Assembly (NCBI GenBank): GCA_021734945.1
Contig: JAIPIA010000001.1
Location: forward strand, 90,243-154,242
From: Minisyncoccota bacterium
Lineage (GTDB): Bacteria; Patescibacteriota; Minisyncoccia; Phycocordibacterales; CAIZLB01
DNA length: 64,000 nucleotides
Direction of reading: 5' to 3'
Shown here piece after piece: positions 10,231 to 19,880 of the stretch (position 1 is the first letter of the stretch; each line of letters opens with the position of its first letter). A model generated the notes under the pieces. The model had not been told where the DNA came from, made no database searches, and saw only the letters and a program-made list of their open reading frames with translations. Made by a program: the position numbers and the translations under genes.

Positions 10231-12102
10231 TTATCGTCCTCTAGCTGCACCACTTACACCACCAGCACCTCCTGTTCGGGGAACACTAAAGAGAGAGTTG
10301 GTTGTAGCCTTTGTGGTTGTAGCATTCATTATTGTTCGAGTAACTACAAATTCACCCTCAGAGAGTCCACTCAAAATTTCTATAGATGTATCATTTGATT
10401 CACCAACAGTTACGATTTTTTCAATGGGTGGGGTAGGGAGAGCTGTACCACTTTGGCTGTTTGGTCCTATTGGCCCAGTCAAAGGAGATGTTGCGAGATT
10501 TGCGCCAGTAGATGATCCTCGTCTTTTGAACTCACTCATACTCGTACTACCTGTCGTACTACTAAAAGTATTCTTTTTGATTGAAGTTTGTACCGCTGTC
10601 ATGTTTGCAACTTCTACATACTTTGTGCCATTTTTACTTTTTACTGCAGCAGTTGGGATAAGTAATACATTAGGTTTGTTTTTTGTAATAATCGTAGCAC
10701 TAACACTCATACCTGGTTTGATTCTCTCATCTGTAGTGTCAAAAGCAATCTGTGTAGTGTAACTTACGACACCTTGAGAAACAGTTCCGACAAGATCAAT
10801 ATTGGCTACTGTACCAGTAGCTGTCACATCATCGACAGCATCAAATGTGAGTAAAACAGGCTGTCCTACTTTTATGTTTGCCACATCGACTTCGTTGAGC
10901 GTAATTTCTGCAACTTTTTGTTTTGTTATAAAGACACCGACTGAATCAGAAACATTGTCACCAATTTTCACATTTAGTTTTGCCAAGATTCCATCAAATG
11001 GTGCGCGGATATTGTACTTGTCATAGTCAAGTTCCTTTTGAGCTATGTTGAGCTGCTGAGAACGAATATCAAGCGGATCTGCACCCTTGATTGTCTGGGC
11101 TAATGATTCATTTCTTTCTTTTATATTTCGGTCTGCTGCTGATATATCATTCTTAGCATTTTCAATCGCAGTTTTTGCTGACAAGAGATTACTAAGGTTA
11201 GAATTATTTTTTGAAATCCAGCTATTTATATTATTGAGGGCAGTCGTTGCTTGACTTGATATCTGACTGTTGGCACTGTTTCTTATAAATTCTACTGCAA
11301 GACTTGAATTTTTTAAGGACTCACTCAGTTTTGATGTAAGAGAATATGTTTTTAATAGTAATGTTTCAGTAGTGTTTGTCGAATTTGACCTTGCTGTAAG
11401 GCGATATTCTGATTGGAGGTCCTTGTAGTCATTTTGAGCCACATCGAAAAGTGTACCAGCACTATTTCGGTATGTTTGTGCTGTGCTTGAAAGTGTCGAG
11501 ACACTCGTATCGTTTAAAAAACCATCTTTTGCATAAAAAATATCGTTTGTACCTAATATAATAGAAGGTAAATCAACGAAACTACTAGATACTGCAGTAA
11601 GCCCATCTTCGTATGCTTTTGCAAGAGCGACCTCTGCTTTTACTTTTGACTGTTGTGCGTCTTGGAGCGAGTTTTGTGCTTGAGTGAGGGTGTTTGCATC
11701 TGCGGGTTGGGTAAGTTTTTGCAAAGATAGACGCGCACTTTCTAGAGAAATAGAGACATCTCGATTATCAATCTGTGCAATAAGTTGGCCTGCTTTCATC
11801 TCTTGTCCAACTTGGGCATTTATTCGTGTGATGTTACCAGATGCTTTTGCTTTTAGATCAATTTGATTTGAAGCTGAAACTTGGCCAGTACCAACTATAG
11901 TAGTGGTAAGCTCACCAATTGTAGATCGAGAGAGTACATAACGAGTTTCACTACTCGTACCAAATAGTGCGTGATATGAGTAGTATCCACCTGTCGCAAT
12001 AACAACTACTCCGATGGTGCTTATAATCTTGTGTGTTTTTGAATAATTAAATAAAGATCTAAAGAGTTGAGCAGTGCATTTCATAATGTGTATTATACAC
12101 AC
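10231..12102 (-). CDS. HlyD/MacA-family periplasmic adaptor (membrane fusion protein), unusually long
   Basis: N-terminal TM anchor, long coiled-coil, beta-barrel/lipoyl-like region, C-terminal Gly/Arg-rich tail. Annotated start 12102 is GTG; ATG (MKCTAQ...) at 12084 is more likely. First gene of the MFP-ATPase-permease operon. Confidence 0.7.
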   Translation of the reverse strand: MCIIHIMKCTAQLFRSLFNYSKTHKIISTIGVVVIATGGYYSYHALFGTSSETRYVLSRSTIGELTTTIVGTGQVSASNQIDLKAKASGNITRINAQVGQEMKAGQLIAQIDNRDVSISLESARLSLQKLTQPADANTLTQAQNSLQDAQQSKVKAEVALAKAYEDGLTAVSSSFVDLPSIILGTNDIFYAKDGFLNDTSVSTLSSTAQTYRNSAGTLFDVAQNDYKDLQSEYRLTARSNSTNTTETLLLKTYSLTSKLSESLKNSSLAVEFIRNSANSQISSQATTALNNINSWISKNNSNLSNLLSAKTAIENAKNDISAADRNIKERNESLAQTIKGADPLDIRSQQLNIAQKELDYDKYNIRAPFDGILAKLNVKIGDNVSDSVGVFITKQKVAEITLNEVDVANIKVGQPVLLTFDAVDDVTATGTVANIDLVGTVSQGVVSYTTQIAFDTTDERIKPGMSVSATIITKNKPNVLLIPTAAVKSKNGTKYVEVANMTAVQTSIKKNTFSSTTGSTSMSEFKRRGSSTGANLATSPLTGPIGPNSQSGTALPTPPIEKIVTVGESNDTSIEILSGLSEGEFVVTRTIMNATTTKATTNSLFSVPRTGGAGGVSGAARGR

Positions 12103-12223
12103 TATAATATTAAAAAGGTGTGAAGAAAGTATGAAGATATATGTATCAACTCTGTCAAACAGATTTCCAACATCAGCACCTCTTGTTCAATAGTTAGAAA
12201 TTGATTGTGATACAATAAAATTC

Positions 12224-13417
12224 ATGTCATCCCCGTTTTCATTAACGAGCAGTGTTTATTATTTTTTAATAATGGCTTGTATATTAGTTTTGGCTCATGT
12301 GATTGCAAAAAAAAGTTCTTTTTATAATTCACTTACATCAAAAAAACACGATACATTCGAGCCAGAGTCTGTTGTAAATTCAAAACTTAAAAATAGGCAT
12401 GAGATGCTTGATGGCCTTCGAGGTTTTCTGGCATTGGGAGTTTTATTTCAGCATGCTGTCACAAACTTTGCGTATTTTAATACTGGTATTTGGAAAATAA
12501 CAGATGTACGATTTTATCGCCATGCTGGTGGGGAAGCAGTCATCTTATTTTTTATGATTACAAGTTTTTTGTATTGGTCAAAGGCTATTACGAGTAAAGG
12601 ATTCTTAGATACAAAAAGTCTGTATAAGAATAGATTCAAAAGACTTGCGCCTATGTATCTTTTCTCAGCCACAATTGTTACATTATCAGTTTTGGTACAA
12701 AATAATTTTCATATATATTCTGTAATAACTTTTATCAAGGATGTGGCGTCTTGGCTAACCTTAGGTCTGATTACGACAACATCTATTGATGGGATAAGTG
12801 TGATTCCTATAAATGCGGGTATTCACTGGACACTCCATTATGAATGGATTTTCTATTTATTATTGCCTTTTACGGCTATGGTCCTTCGTGGTGGTTATTA
12901 CAGACTTTTTGCAATACCACTTGTATCTCTAGTCTTTATGTTGAACGATCGAGGATATTGGGTAATTTTCTTATTCGGTATTGTTGCGGCATCTATCGTA
13001 CACAAATGGCCTAAAATAGATTGGATATACGGTAGTGGTACGTCAAAGAATTGGTGGGTGTCTCTAATTCCAATAATCGGGTTACTTATGATCTATGAGA
13101 TTCAGTATAAACCATATTCAATGTTGCAGTATGTTATAAGTCTATGTGTACTTCTATTGTTTATATACGGGAACAGTTTCTTTGGACTGCTCAAAACAAG
13201 GGCAGCGTTGTTTTTAGGCACAATTAGTTACAGTGTGTACTTAATGCACGGTATTATTTTATTTGTTGTGTTACACCTAGCAAATACCATTATTCCTATC
13301 AAAGACTTGGCAGCGATCCATTTTTGGGCATTAATACTTATAACAGCATTAGTAACAGTATTGTCTTCAACAATTACCTATAAGTACGTAGAACATCCAT
13401 TTTTAAAGAAAAAGTAG
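12224..13417 (+). CDS. acyltransferase family 3 (OafA-like) membrane protein
   Basis: 397 aa multi-TM; N-terminal LDGLRGFLALGVLFQH motif typical of acyltransferase_3. Confidence 0.8.
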   Translation: MSSPFSLTSSVYYFLIMACILVLAHVIAKKSSFYNSLTSKKHDTFEPESVVNSKLKNRHEMLDGLRGFLALGVLFQHAVTNFAYFNTGIWKITDVRFYRHAGGEAVILFFMITSFLYWSKAITSKGFLDTKSLYKNRFKRLAPMYLFSATIVTLSVLVQNNFHIYSVITFIKDVASWLTLGLITTTSIDGISVIPINAGIHWTLHYEWIFYLLLPFTAMVLRGGYYRLFAIPLVSLVFMLNDRGYWVIFLFGIVAASIVHKWPKIDWIYGSGTSKNWWVSLIPIIGLLMIYEIQYKPYSMLQYVISLCVLLLFIYGNSFFGLLKTRAALFLGTISYSVYLMHGIILFVVLHLANTIIPIKDLAAIHFWALILITALVTVLSSTITYKYVEHPFLKKK

Positions 13418-13572
13418 GGTATATGCCTGTTGGAGTTTTCTTTTGAGCTTATTTTTTAAGGGACAGCTGCCTAGGGCTGCTTTTTACCTAATTAGCTTAT
13501 TTATACTATTACGTGTACTATATAGTCCAAATAAGTCGAATTTAAGAAAAAAATAAAAAAATCACATATATT

Positions 13573-13770
13573 ATGAAAGGAATCGTAAAAACATTGAACC
13601 CAAAGGGCTTTGGCTTTATCTCTCGAGAAGGAGAAGCTAAGGACCTATTCTTCCACTCTTCAGAGTTGGTAGGGGTAACTTTTGACGAATTGAAAGCAGG
13701 TGACGAAGTTACATTCGAAATCTCTCAAGGCGAAAAAGGTCCTGCAGCTACAAACGTAGCTCGGGCATAA
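13573..13770 (+). CDS. cold-shock protein (CspA family)
   Basis: 65 aa; KGFGFI RNP1-like and FFHSS RNP2-like motifs; about 150-nt AT-rich 5' leader as in csp genes. Confidence 0.9.
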   Translation: MKGIVKTLNPKGFGFISREGEAKDLFFHSSELVGVTFDELKAGDEVTFEISQGEKGPAATNVARA

Positions 13771-13824
13771 ATAGCTGTTAAAGCTATAAAAACTATTTAC
13801 TATTAAACTAGTAAATAACAAAAA

Positions 13825-13855
13825 ATACCTAGCGTAAAAACTAGGTATTTTTTGT
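13825..13855. terminator. bidirectional rho-independent terminator (csp / VKOR-like convergent pair)
   Basis: AAAAAATACCTAG-cgtaaaaa-CTAGGTATTTTTTG: 8-bp stem, A-run 5' and T-run 3'. Confidence 0.7.
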
Positions 13856-13866
13856 GTGGTATTTTT

Positions 13867-14259
13867 TTAATTGACTTTCTTAAGAGTAGTAAGTTGTCTT
13901 AAACTAAATATGAATATGATGATAAAGAATAATAAACCTAAAGAACATGTTGATAGCTTGAAGTTTTCTGAGACAACAAAGAAACCTGAAAAAACTACTC
14001 CAACTATAGATATACTAGTTAGAGTCTTAGTATGTGCTTGTGCTTGGATTTTTCCAATTAACCCAAGAATTGAGACAATAAACAAGATTAAAAATAGAGC
14101 AAATCCATAGTAGCAAGCAGGATAACCTAGAAAGTAGGGACATGTTTCACCAAAAGAACAGGTCTTAAGGAAAAACTTTATAGAGCTGAGATACCCTGAA
14201 AAGAGAACTCCGCCAAGACTAATAATGAATAATATTTTATTGAAAAGTTTTTGTTCCAT
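13867..14259 (-). CDS. small VKOR-like (vitamin K epoxide reductase family) membrane protein, putative
   Basis: 130 aa, 4 hydrophobic helices, Cys pairs CSFGETC and CYYG in loop regions as in the VKOR CXXC active site. Confidence 0.45.
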   Translation of the reverse strand: MEQKLFNKILFIISLGGVLFSGYLSSIKFFLKTCSFGETCPYFLGYPACYYGFALFLILFIVSILGLIGKIQAQAHTKTLTSISIVGVVFSGFFVVSENFKLSTCSLGLLFFIIIFIFSLRQLTTLKKVN

Positions 14260-14262
14260 ATA

Positions 14263-14271
14263 TGCTATAAT
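14263..14271 (+). promoter_or_regulatory. extended -10 promoter element (TGcTATAAT) upstream of cyclophilin gene
   Basis: TATGCTATAAT about 65 nt upstream of the ATG at 14338; no good -35. Confidence 0.35.
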
Positions 14272-14337
14272 ACGTCGTATTGTTTATAAATCAAATAGGT
14301 AGAAATATAAAGGAATTATAAAAGTATATAAATATTT

Positions 14338-15048
14338 ATGAAGAATTTTTTAATTTTAGTAGTGTGCGTTGTCGTAGTTGTTGTTTTAAGTTCATTTTTT
14401 TCAAAAAAGAATGATCTGACTCAAATTAATAGTGTCAACAATAGTGAAACATCTATATCGTCAACATCTACTCCAAATTCAGAGAGTACTGCCACAAGTT
14501 CATCTGTAAAAATGGTAACTAGTACTTCAACTGTAAGCATGACTTCTTCATTATCAAATAACACTAAAAAAAGTATGAACGTTACATTTAAAACAAATAA
14601 AGGAAATATTAAGATTGAACTTTTTGATAGTTTAGTTCCAAACACGACTGCAAATTTTAGAAAGCTTGCTGAAGCAGGATTTTACAATGGAGTTAAATTC
14701 CATCGAGTTATTAAAGGGTTTATGATCCAGTCAGGTGATCCACTTACAAAAGATGATAGTAAGAGTGCGGAATGGGGAACTGGTGGACCTGGTTACAAAT
14801 TCGCAGATGAAATAGGCCCTGCAAATCGTAACGATGTTGGCACTATTGCCATGGCTAATGCTGGTCCAAACACAAATGGAAGCCAGTTCTTTATTAATGT
14901 TAATCCGAACAATTTCTTGGATGGAAAGCACACGGTCTTTGGTAAGGTGGTAGAAGGAATAGATGTAGTTGCGGCTATTGAAAACACCCCAACAGATGGC
15001 AGTGACAGACCTCTTTCTCCAGTCGTCATTGAGTCAGTCTCATTCTAA
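14338..15048 (+). CDS. peptidyl-prolyl cis-trans isomerase, cyclophilin type, membrane-anchored/secreted
   Basis: 236 aa; N-terminal TM, Ser/Thr-rich linker, then cyclophilin domain (FHRVIKGFMIQSGDP, HTVFGKVVEG). Confidence 0.85.
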   Translation: MKNFLILVVCVVVVVVLSSFFSKKNDLTQINSVNNSETSISSTSTPNSESTATSSSVKMVTSTSTVSMTSSLSNNTKKSMNVTFKTNKGNIKIELFDSLVPNTTANFRKLAEAGFYNGVKFHRVIKGFMIQSGDPLTKDDSKSAEWGTGGPGYKFADEIGPANRNDVGTIAMANAGPNTNGSQFFINVNPNNFLDGKHTVFGKVVEGIDVVAAIENTPTDGSDRPLSPVVIESVSF

Positions 15049-15121
15049 AATTATTCATTTGCTCAAATCCTATTATTTCTTAGAAATATAAAGATTAATT
15101 CTGATATTACACATAAATATA

Positions 15122-16336
15122 ATGGTACAAAAACGAAAGAGAAGAAGTAGAATTGATCCTAGAAAATTAACTGTTTTAATTCTTTCGGTTATTGTAATTA
15201 TGTTCATAAGTATATGGTGTTATGGCATAGTCAGCAGGACAATTGAAAACTTTCTAAAAAATAACCATGTAGGCGGTTTCACTGGTGTCTTTACGAAGCC
15301 TATATATCCTAAGAAGCCGGAACTTGATAAAGGAGAATATGATCTTCGGATGTCTTACTTGGCCCATAAGTTTAATTTTAACGATGCGACCTCAACAGCA
15401 CTTTTTAAAGAAGCTCTCAAGTTTTCAAATGCTTCAACTACTGTCGCGACATCAACTGTTGCTTCCACAACAAGTACAACTACAAAAGTTTTGACCAAAA
15501 AAATAGTATCAGATTTGTGGCCAGCAAAAGGGACAGCATATCCAAAAGTTGGAGCTATTTTGCCATTTAAGAGGGTGGTTGCGTATTATGGAAACCTTTA
15601 TTCAAAAAAAATGGGAATACTTGGCGAATACGAGTCTGACGAGGTTTTGCGGCGACTTCAAGCACAGGTAAAGGAATGGGAAATAGCAGACCCTGCAACA
15701 CCTGTTCAGCCAGCATTACATTATATTGCAGTCGTAGCACAGGGTGCGGCAGGGAAAGATGGAAAATATCGTACTCGGATGCCTGATGAACAAATTGATA
15801 GAGTTTTGGAGATGGCTAAAAAAATTAATGCAATAGTGTTTCTTGATATTCAAGTTGCGTTGTCTGATGTTCAACATGAGGTTCCTGCACTTGAAAAATA
15901 CCTTATACTGCCAAATGTACATCTAGGTATCGACCCAGAGTTTTCCATGAAAACTGGTAAAAAGCCAGGCAGTGTTATTGGCAGCATGGATGCAAGTGAC
16001 ATAAATTATACTGCATCATACCTAGCAGACTTGGTAAAAAAGAATGACCTTCCTCCAAAGATTTTGGTATTCTATCGCTTCACTCGAAACATGGTCACAA
16101 ATTACAAAAATATTAAAACATTGCCTGAAACGCAACTTGTATTAGCAATGGATGGTTGGGGACACCAAGCACGTAAAGTGGGTACATATAATGCTTTTGT
16201 AAATCCTGAGCCGATTCAATTTGCAGGGTTTAAGCTTTTTTACAAAAACGATCTAAAACAGGATAATTCTCGTTTGATGACACCGTCCGAGGTTCTAAAG
16301 CTCACACCGTCTCCAATATATATACAGTATCAGTAG
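15122..16336 (+). CDS. hypothetical membrane-anchored extracytoplasmic protein (possible TIM-barrel glycoside-hydrolase-like fold)
   Basis: 404 aa; N-terminal basic stretch and TM, Thr/Ser-rich linker; weak resemblance to DUF4015-type putative glycosyl hydrolase domains. Confidence 0.45.
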   Translation: MVQKRKRRSRIDPRKLTVLILSVIVIMFISIWCYGIVSRTIENFLKNNHVGGFTGVFTKPIYPKKPELDKGEYDLRMSYLAHKFNFNDATSTALFKEALKFSNASTTVATSTVASTTSTTTKVLTKKIVSDLWPAKGTAYPKVGAILPFKRVVAYYGNLYSKKMGILGEYESDEVLRRLQAQVKEWEIADPATPVQPALHYIAVVAQGAAGKDGKYRTRMPDEQIDRVLEMAKKINAIVFLDIQVALSDVQHEVPALEKYLILPNVHLGIDPEFSMKTGKKPGSVIGSMDASDINYTASYLADLVKKNDLPPKILVFYRFTRNMVTNYKNIKTLPETQLVLAMDGWGHQARKVGTYNAFVNPEPIQFAGFKLFYKNDLKQDNSRLMTPSEVLKLTPSPIYIQYQ

Positions 16337-16432
16337 ATTTAAAAGCTGGTACAGGTATCCCATTTTAAGCCTTATTTTAAGGTTATTTTGGTGTTTAAAG
16401 GAGTTTTGAGAGTACAATGTTAGTCTAAATAC

Positions 16433-16460
16433 TTGCATTTTCTAAAACTTGTGATATAAT
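16433..16460 (+). promoter_or_regulatory. sigma70-type promoter (TTGCAT, 16 nt spacer, extended -10 TGaTATAAT)
   Basis: good match to consensus about 70 nt upstream of 16529 gene. Confidence 0.5.
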
Positions 16461-16528
16461 ATATCTACTAAGTAAGTTTATTTAAAAACCCTTAACTCTC
16501 TCTAATTTAACTTTAACTCACTAAACAT

Positions 16529-17092
16529 ATGAAAAACATCGTAAAAATTACTTCAAAAATTCTTTCAATTACCCCAACTGCTCTTGCCACTATGTTTGCG
16601 ATAGCGCTTGTCTTTGGTCTAGTAGGTACAACTCAAGTAGAAGCTGCTGCTCAATCTACATACTTCGTTGATATTACTGGAAATGGCTGTGGAAATAATT
16701 GTTCTGACTTCTATAAATATTTAACTGCAAACGGTATTTCTGTTGGAACAAATAATACTAATACTTCAAACTATACTAATAACGGAGCGTCTACATCTAA
16801 TGCAGGATATTCTGTTCCAGTTGGTCAAAATGGTAAAGTTCCATCATCAAATTATACTCAATTCCCATATCAGATTTATACTCCATTTGCGAGTGCTAAT
16901 ACTAACTATCAGCCATATGTTCCAGTTCAATATCCAGAATACATATATATTCCTTATGGTAAGGATGCCACAGAACAGATGAATAAGTATAAAAAGACTT
17001 ACACGTCTACAGCTTCTGCAGGTGCATACTCACCAAACAGTTCAGCCTCAAATGGAAATTCTGGATTCACAATCACATCTATACTTAAATAG
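16529..17092 (+). CDS. secreted low-complexity Asn/Ser/Thr/Tyr-rich protein
   Basis: 187 aa; signal peptide ending VEAAAQ; C-terminal Tyr/Pro/Gln-rich motifs (YQIYTPF, YQPYVPVQYPEYIYIPYG). Confidence 0.6.
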   Translation: MKNIVKITSKILSITPTALATMFAIALVFGLVGTTQVEAAAQSTYFVDITGNGCGNNCSDFYKYLTANGISVGTNNTNTSNYTNNGASTSNAGYSVPVGQNGKVPSSNYTQFPYQIYTPFASANTNYQPYVPVQYPEYIYIPYGKDATEQMNKYKKTYTSTASAGAYSPNSSASNGNSGFTITSILK

Positions 17093-17169
17093 TACAAAGG
17101 TAAGGTTGGGCATAAAGCATTATATGGGTGTTTGCTGGGCTTAATAAAACATGATATAAAAGTGTTACT

Positions 17170-17619
17170 ATGAGAAAACTAAGTTTTCAGAAGGTAACAC
17201 TTTTTGTCGTTTACAGGACTGCTTTGATGTTTTGTTTTACTCTCTTTGTTATTGGGTTTATTTCTCTCACTCAACCTAAAGAGGTCTCTGCCTGTTCTTA
17301 TTATGATACATATGTGTGTGGTAGCTATGGGTATTCTAACTATGGTGCTCCATATTATGGATACGGAAATGGCTACTACGGATACGGTACTCCGTACTAT
17401 GGATCTTACAATTATTCTCCATCTCCCACATATCAATATATTCCTTACCAACAATCTAACCCGGGAAATTCAGGTTCATCTATATTCAATTACAAATACG
17501 TTCAGTACCCATATTATCAGTATGTGCCTTTTCAAAATGCCGCACCTTCAAACTCTCAATATGGTCTAAATACTAATTACGTACAGTATCCGTACCAAAC
17601 ATATATTCCTTATAGATAA
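17170..17619 (+). CDS. secreted Tyr/Gly-rich protein (paralogous C-terminal motif to upstream gene)
   Basis: 149 aa; signal/TM then YGYSNYGAPYYGYGNGYYGYGTPYYG and YVQYPYYQYVPF / YVQYPYQTYIPY motifs. Confidence 0.6.
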   Translation: MRKLSFQKVTLFVVYRTALMFCFTLFVIGFISLTQPKEVSACSYYDTYVCGSYGYSNYGAPYYGYGNGYYGYGTPYYGSYNYSPSPTYQYIPYQQSNPGNSGSSIFNYKYVQYPYYQYVPFQNAAPSNSQYGLNTNYVQYPYQTYIPYR

Positions 17620-17666
17620 ATTTATCAACACGGCTTTTAAAGGTCACATGCTATAATCAAAAGCAT

Positions 17667-19118
17667 ATGAATCCTACGAATTCACCTTGGCTACATCAAC
17701 TCGAACGAACAAGACCTGTCGATACTTTAAAAGATGATATTGCGGTAGATATTGCAATTGTTGGAGCAGGTATTGCTGGGGTAATGACATCTTATTTTAT
17801 ATTGAGAGATACTAAAAAGCAGGTTTTACTTATTGAGGGTGGAAGAGTTGCACATGGTGCAACAGGCCACAATGCGGGACAAATCGTATCTGACTTTGAA
17901 AGAGAATTTTATTCACTTGTTGAAGAGTATGGACTTTCTTTGGCGGCTGATGCAGAAAACTCAGTGAGAGGTGCATGGATTTTGCTTGAGCAAATATTTG
18001 CTGAAGCTAAACTGAGTACACCCATGTCTTCATTTATGGGGTATAACGGATTTACTCATGTTGATCGTATTGTTGATGAATTAAAGAATAATGCATTACG
18101 TCTGGAAGCTGGAATACAAATTTCTCCTATTTATATATCTGATACTGCTCCAGGGTTAGATGAAATTCCAAAGGATTATAAAAATCTATACAATTTGGTT
18201 CCTCATGCCGATATTCTTTCCTTGCTTGAAACACATGATGTACAATATATTGCTGTTATTTCAGAGAAGAAAGGTTGTGTTAACAGTGCAATGCTCGTTG
18301 AAGAAATTGTTGGATATCTACTGGCAACATACAAAGATCGCTTTATGCTTTGCGAGGAGACTCATATTCATGAGGTCACTTTGGAAAGAGATTTAGCATT
18401 ATTGAAAGCAAAGGAACATTCTGTCACTGCGGATAAGGTTATTCTCTGTACAAATGGATTTGAAAAATTTTCTATCAACAATAATGCTGGTGCAGATATA
18501 GATGTTAAATTCCACCATATGGTTAGAGGTAAGATAGGTTATATGGCCGGATTACTTGAGGAATTAAAACATCCTCCAGTTGCATTATCATTTTATGATC
18601 AAACTGCAGAAGATGTGGAGAGTGTAGTGGACCCGTATGATCAAAAGCCATATATCTATATGACACGACGCCCATATGAATTAGAGAAAAATGAGAAACA
18701 CAATCTAGTGTGTGTAGGAGGGCCTGACGTCTCGTTGGATGATACTGGTCAGTACATAAAAGAAGCAGAGTATAGCAAGGAAGCTATTGCGGAAATTGAA
18801 GGATTCCTTCATAAGACATATCAAAATTCACCTAAGGGAGATATTGATTTTCGATTTAAATGGCATGGTTTGATGGGTTATACTCCTACAAGTATTAGAG
18901 TAGTGGGTGAAGAGCCTAAAAATAGAGTCTTGATGTATAATCTAGGTTGTAATGGAGTTGGTATCTTGACCTCAATATATGGTGGCAAAAGAATCTCCGA
19001 GATTGTAGGAGGTACAAAACTGGCACCTTCACTATTTGATCCACGTGCAGTCTATAAAGGCTCAAAGACCTTAAGTCGGAAAAAAAGAATTCATCGGCTT
19101 GTTGCTCAAAAACTATAG
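17667..19118 (+). CDS. FAD-dependent oxidoreductase (DAO/glycine-oxidase-like)
   Basis: 483 aa; N-terminal dinucleotide-binding motif DIAIVGAGIAGV; DAO-family length and C-terminal pattern. Confidence 0.75.
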   Translation: MNPTNSPWLHQLERTRPVDTLKDDIAVDIAIVGAGIAGVMTSYFILRDTKKQVLLIEGGRVAHGATGHNAGQIVSDFEREFYSLVEEYGLSLAADAENSVRGAWILLEQIFAEAKLSTPMSSFMGYNGFTHVDRIVDELKNNALRLEAGIQISPIYISDTAPGLDEIPKDYKNLYNLVPHADILSLLETHDVQYIAVISEKKGCVNSAMLVEEIVGYLLATYKDRFMLCEETHIHEVTLERDLALLKAKEHSVTADKVILCTNGFEKFSINNNAGADIDVKFHHMVRGKIGYMAGLLEELKHPPVALSFYDQTAEDVESVVDPYDQKPYIYMTRRPYELEKNEKHNLVCVGGPDVSLDDTGQYIKEAEYSKEAIAEIEGFLHKTYQNSPKGDIDFRFKWHGLMGYTPTSIRVVGEEPKNRVLMYNLGCNGVGILTSIYGGKRISEIVGGTKLAPSLFDPRAVYKGSKTLSRKKRIHRLVAQKL

Positions 19119-19132
19119 TCTAGATTTTATAT

Positions 19133-19810
19133 ATGATTCATTTTGTTATACATTTTTTAAATACAAATATTTTACCGATTGTTAATCAAATTGGTGTGTG
19201 GTTTTATATCATAGTAGCTATAGTCGCTCTTCTAGAATCTACTATTATCATAGGTACTTTTGTGCCGGGTACTATTATCCTATTATTTTTTGGATTCACA
19301 GCTTCACAAGATAATGTGAGTGTATTTTGGGTGATTGTAGCGACGAGTATTGGTGCAGTGATAGGTGATTTCATAAGTTACTACATTGGTAGGTATGGAA
19401 GTGGTTTTATAAAAAGTGATAAAGGTATTTTGAGGATAAGTCATGTAAATATCGGTAAGGCTTTTTTTGCAAAGCATGGGAGCGTCAGTGTTTTATTGGG
19501 TAGATTTGTGAGTCCTATTAGACAAATTATTCCGTTCATCGCAGGGGCAGTCCATATGACATATCGAAGATTCCTATACTTAAATATTATAGGGGCGCTA
19601 CTCTGGGCGATTTCTTATATATTACTTGGCTATTATTTCGGAGCAAATTGGAGACTAATTGATAAGGTTATTATGCGCGTCGGTGTAGTGCTGACTGTTG
19701 TTATAGTAGGTGCGATAATTTATTTCTTTAATAAAAGAAGAGAGAAAAAATTAAATGCGCTAGGTTCTGTTGACCTAAAGATAGATGGTATAGATACTGA
19801 TGAATTTTAA
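19133..19810 (+). CDS. DedA/SNARE-associated family membrane protein
   Basis: 225 aa; conserved DedA region FVPGTIILLFFGF ... GAVIGDFISYYIGRYG. Confidence 0.8.
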   Translation: MIHFVIHFLNTNILPIVNQIGVWFYIIVAIVALLESTIIIGTFVPGTIILLFFGFTASQDNVSVFWVIVATSIGAVIGDFISYYIGRYGSGFIKSDKGILRISHVNIGKAFFAKHGSVSVLLGRFVSPIRQIIPFIAGAVHMTYRRFLYLNIIGALLWAISYILLGYYFGANWRLIDKVIMRVGVVLTVVIVGAIIYFFNKRREKKLNALGSVDLKIDGIDTDEF

Positions 19811-19880
19811 ATAAAATAAAGTATGTACAGAGTTAAATTTAGGATTTGTTTATAGAAATTTTATTGGTGCTGCGTATGGT

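Noticed and set aside
10226-10762. 178-aa plus-strand ORF overlapping the adaptor C-terminus
   Set aside because: Antisense to a well-supported HlyD-family gene; arises from its GC-rich Gly/Ala tail.
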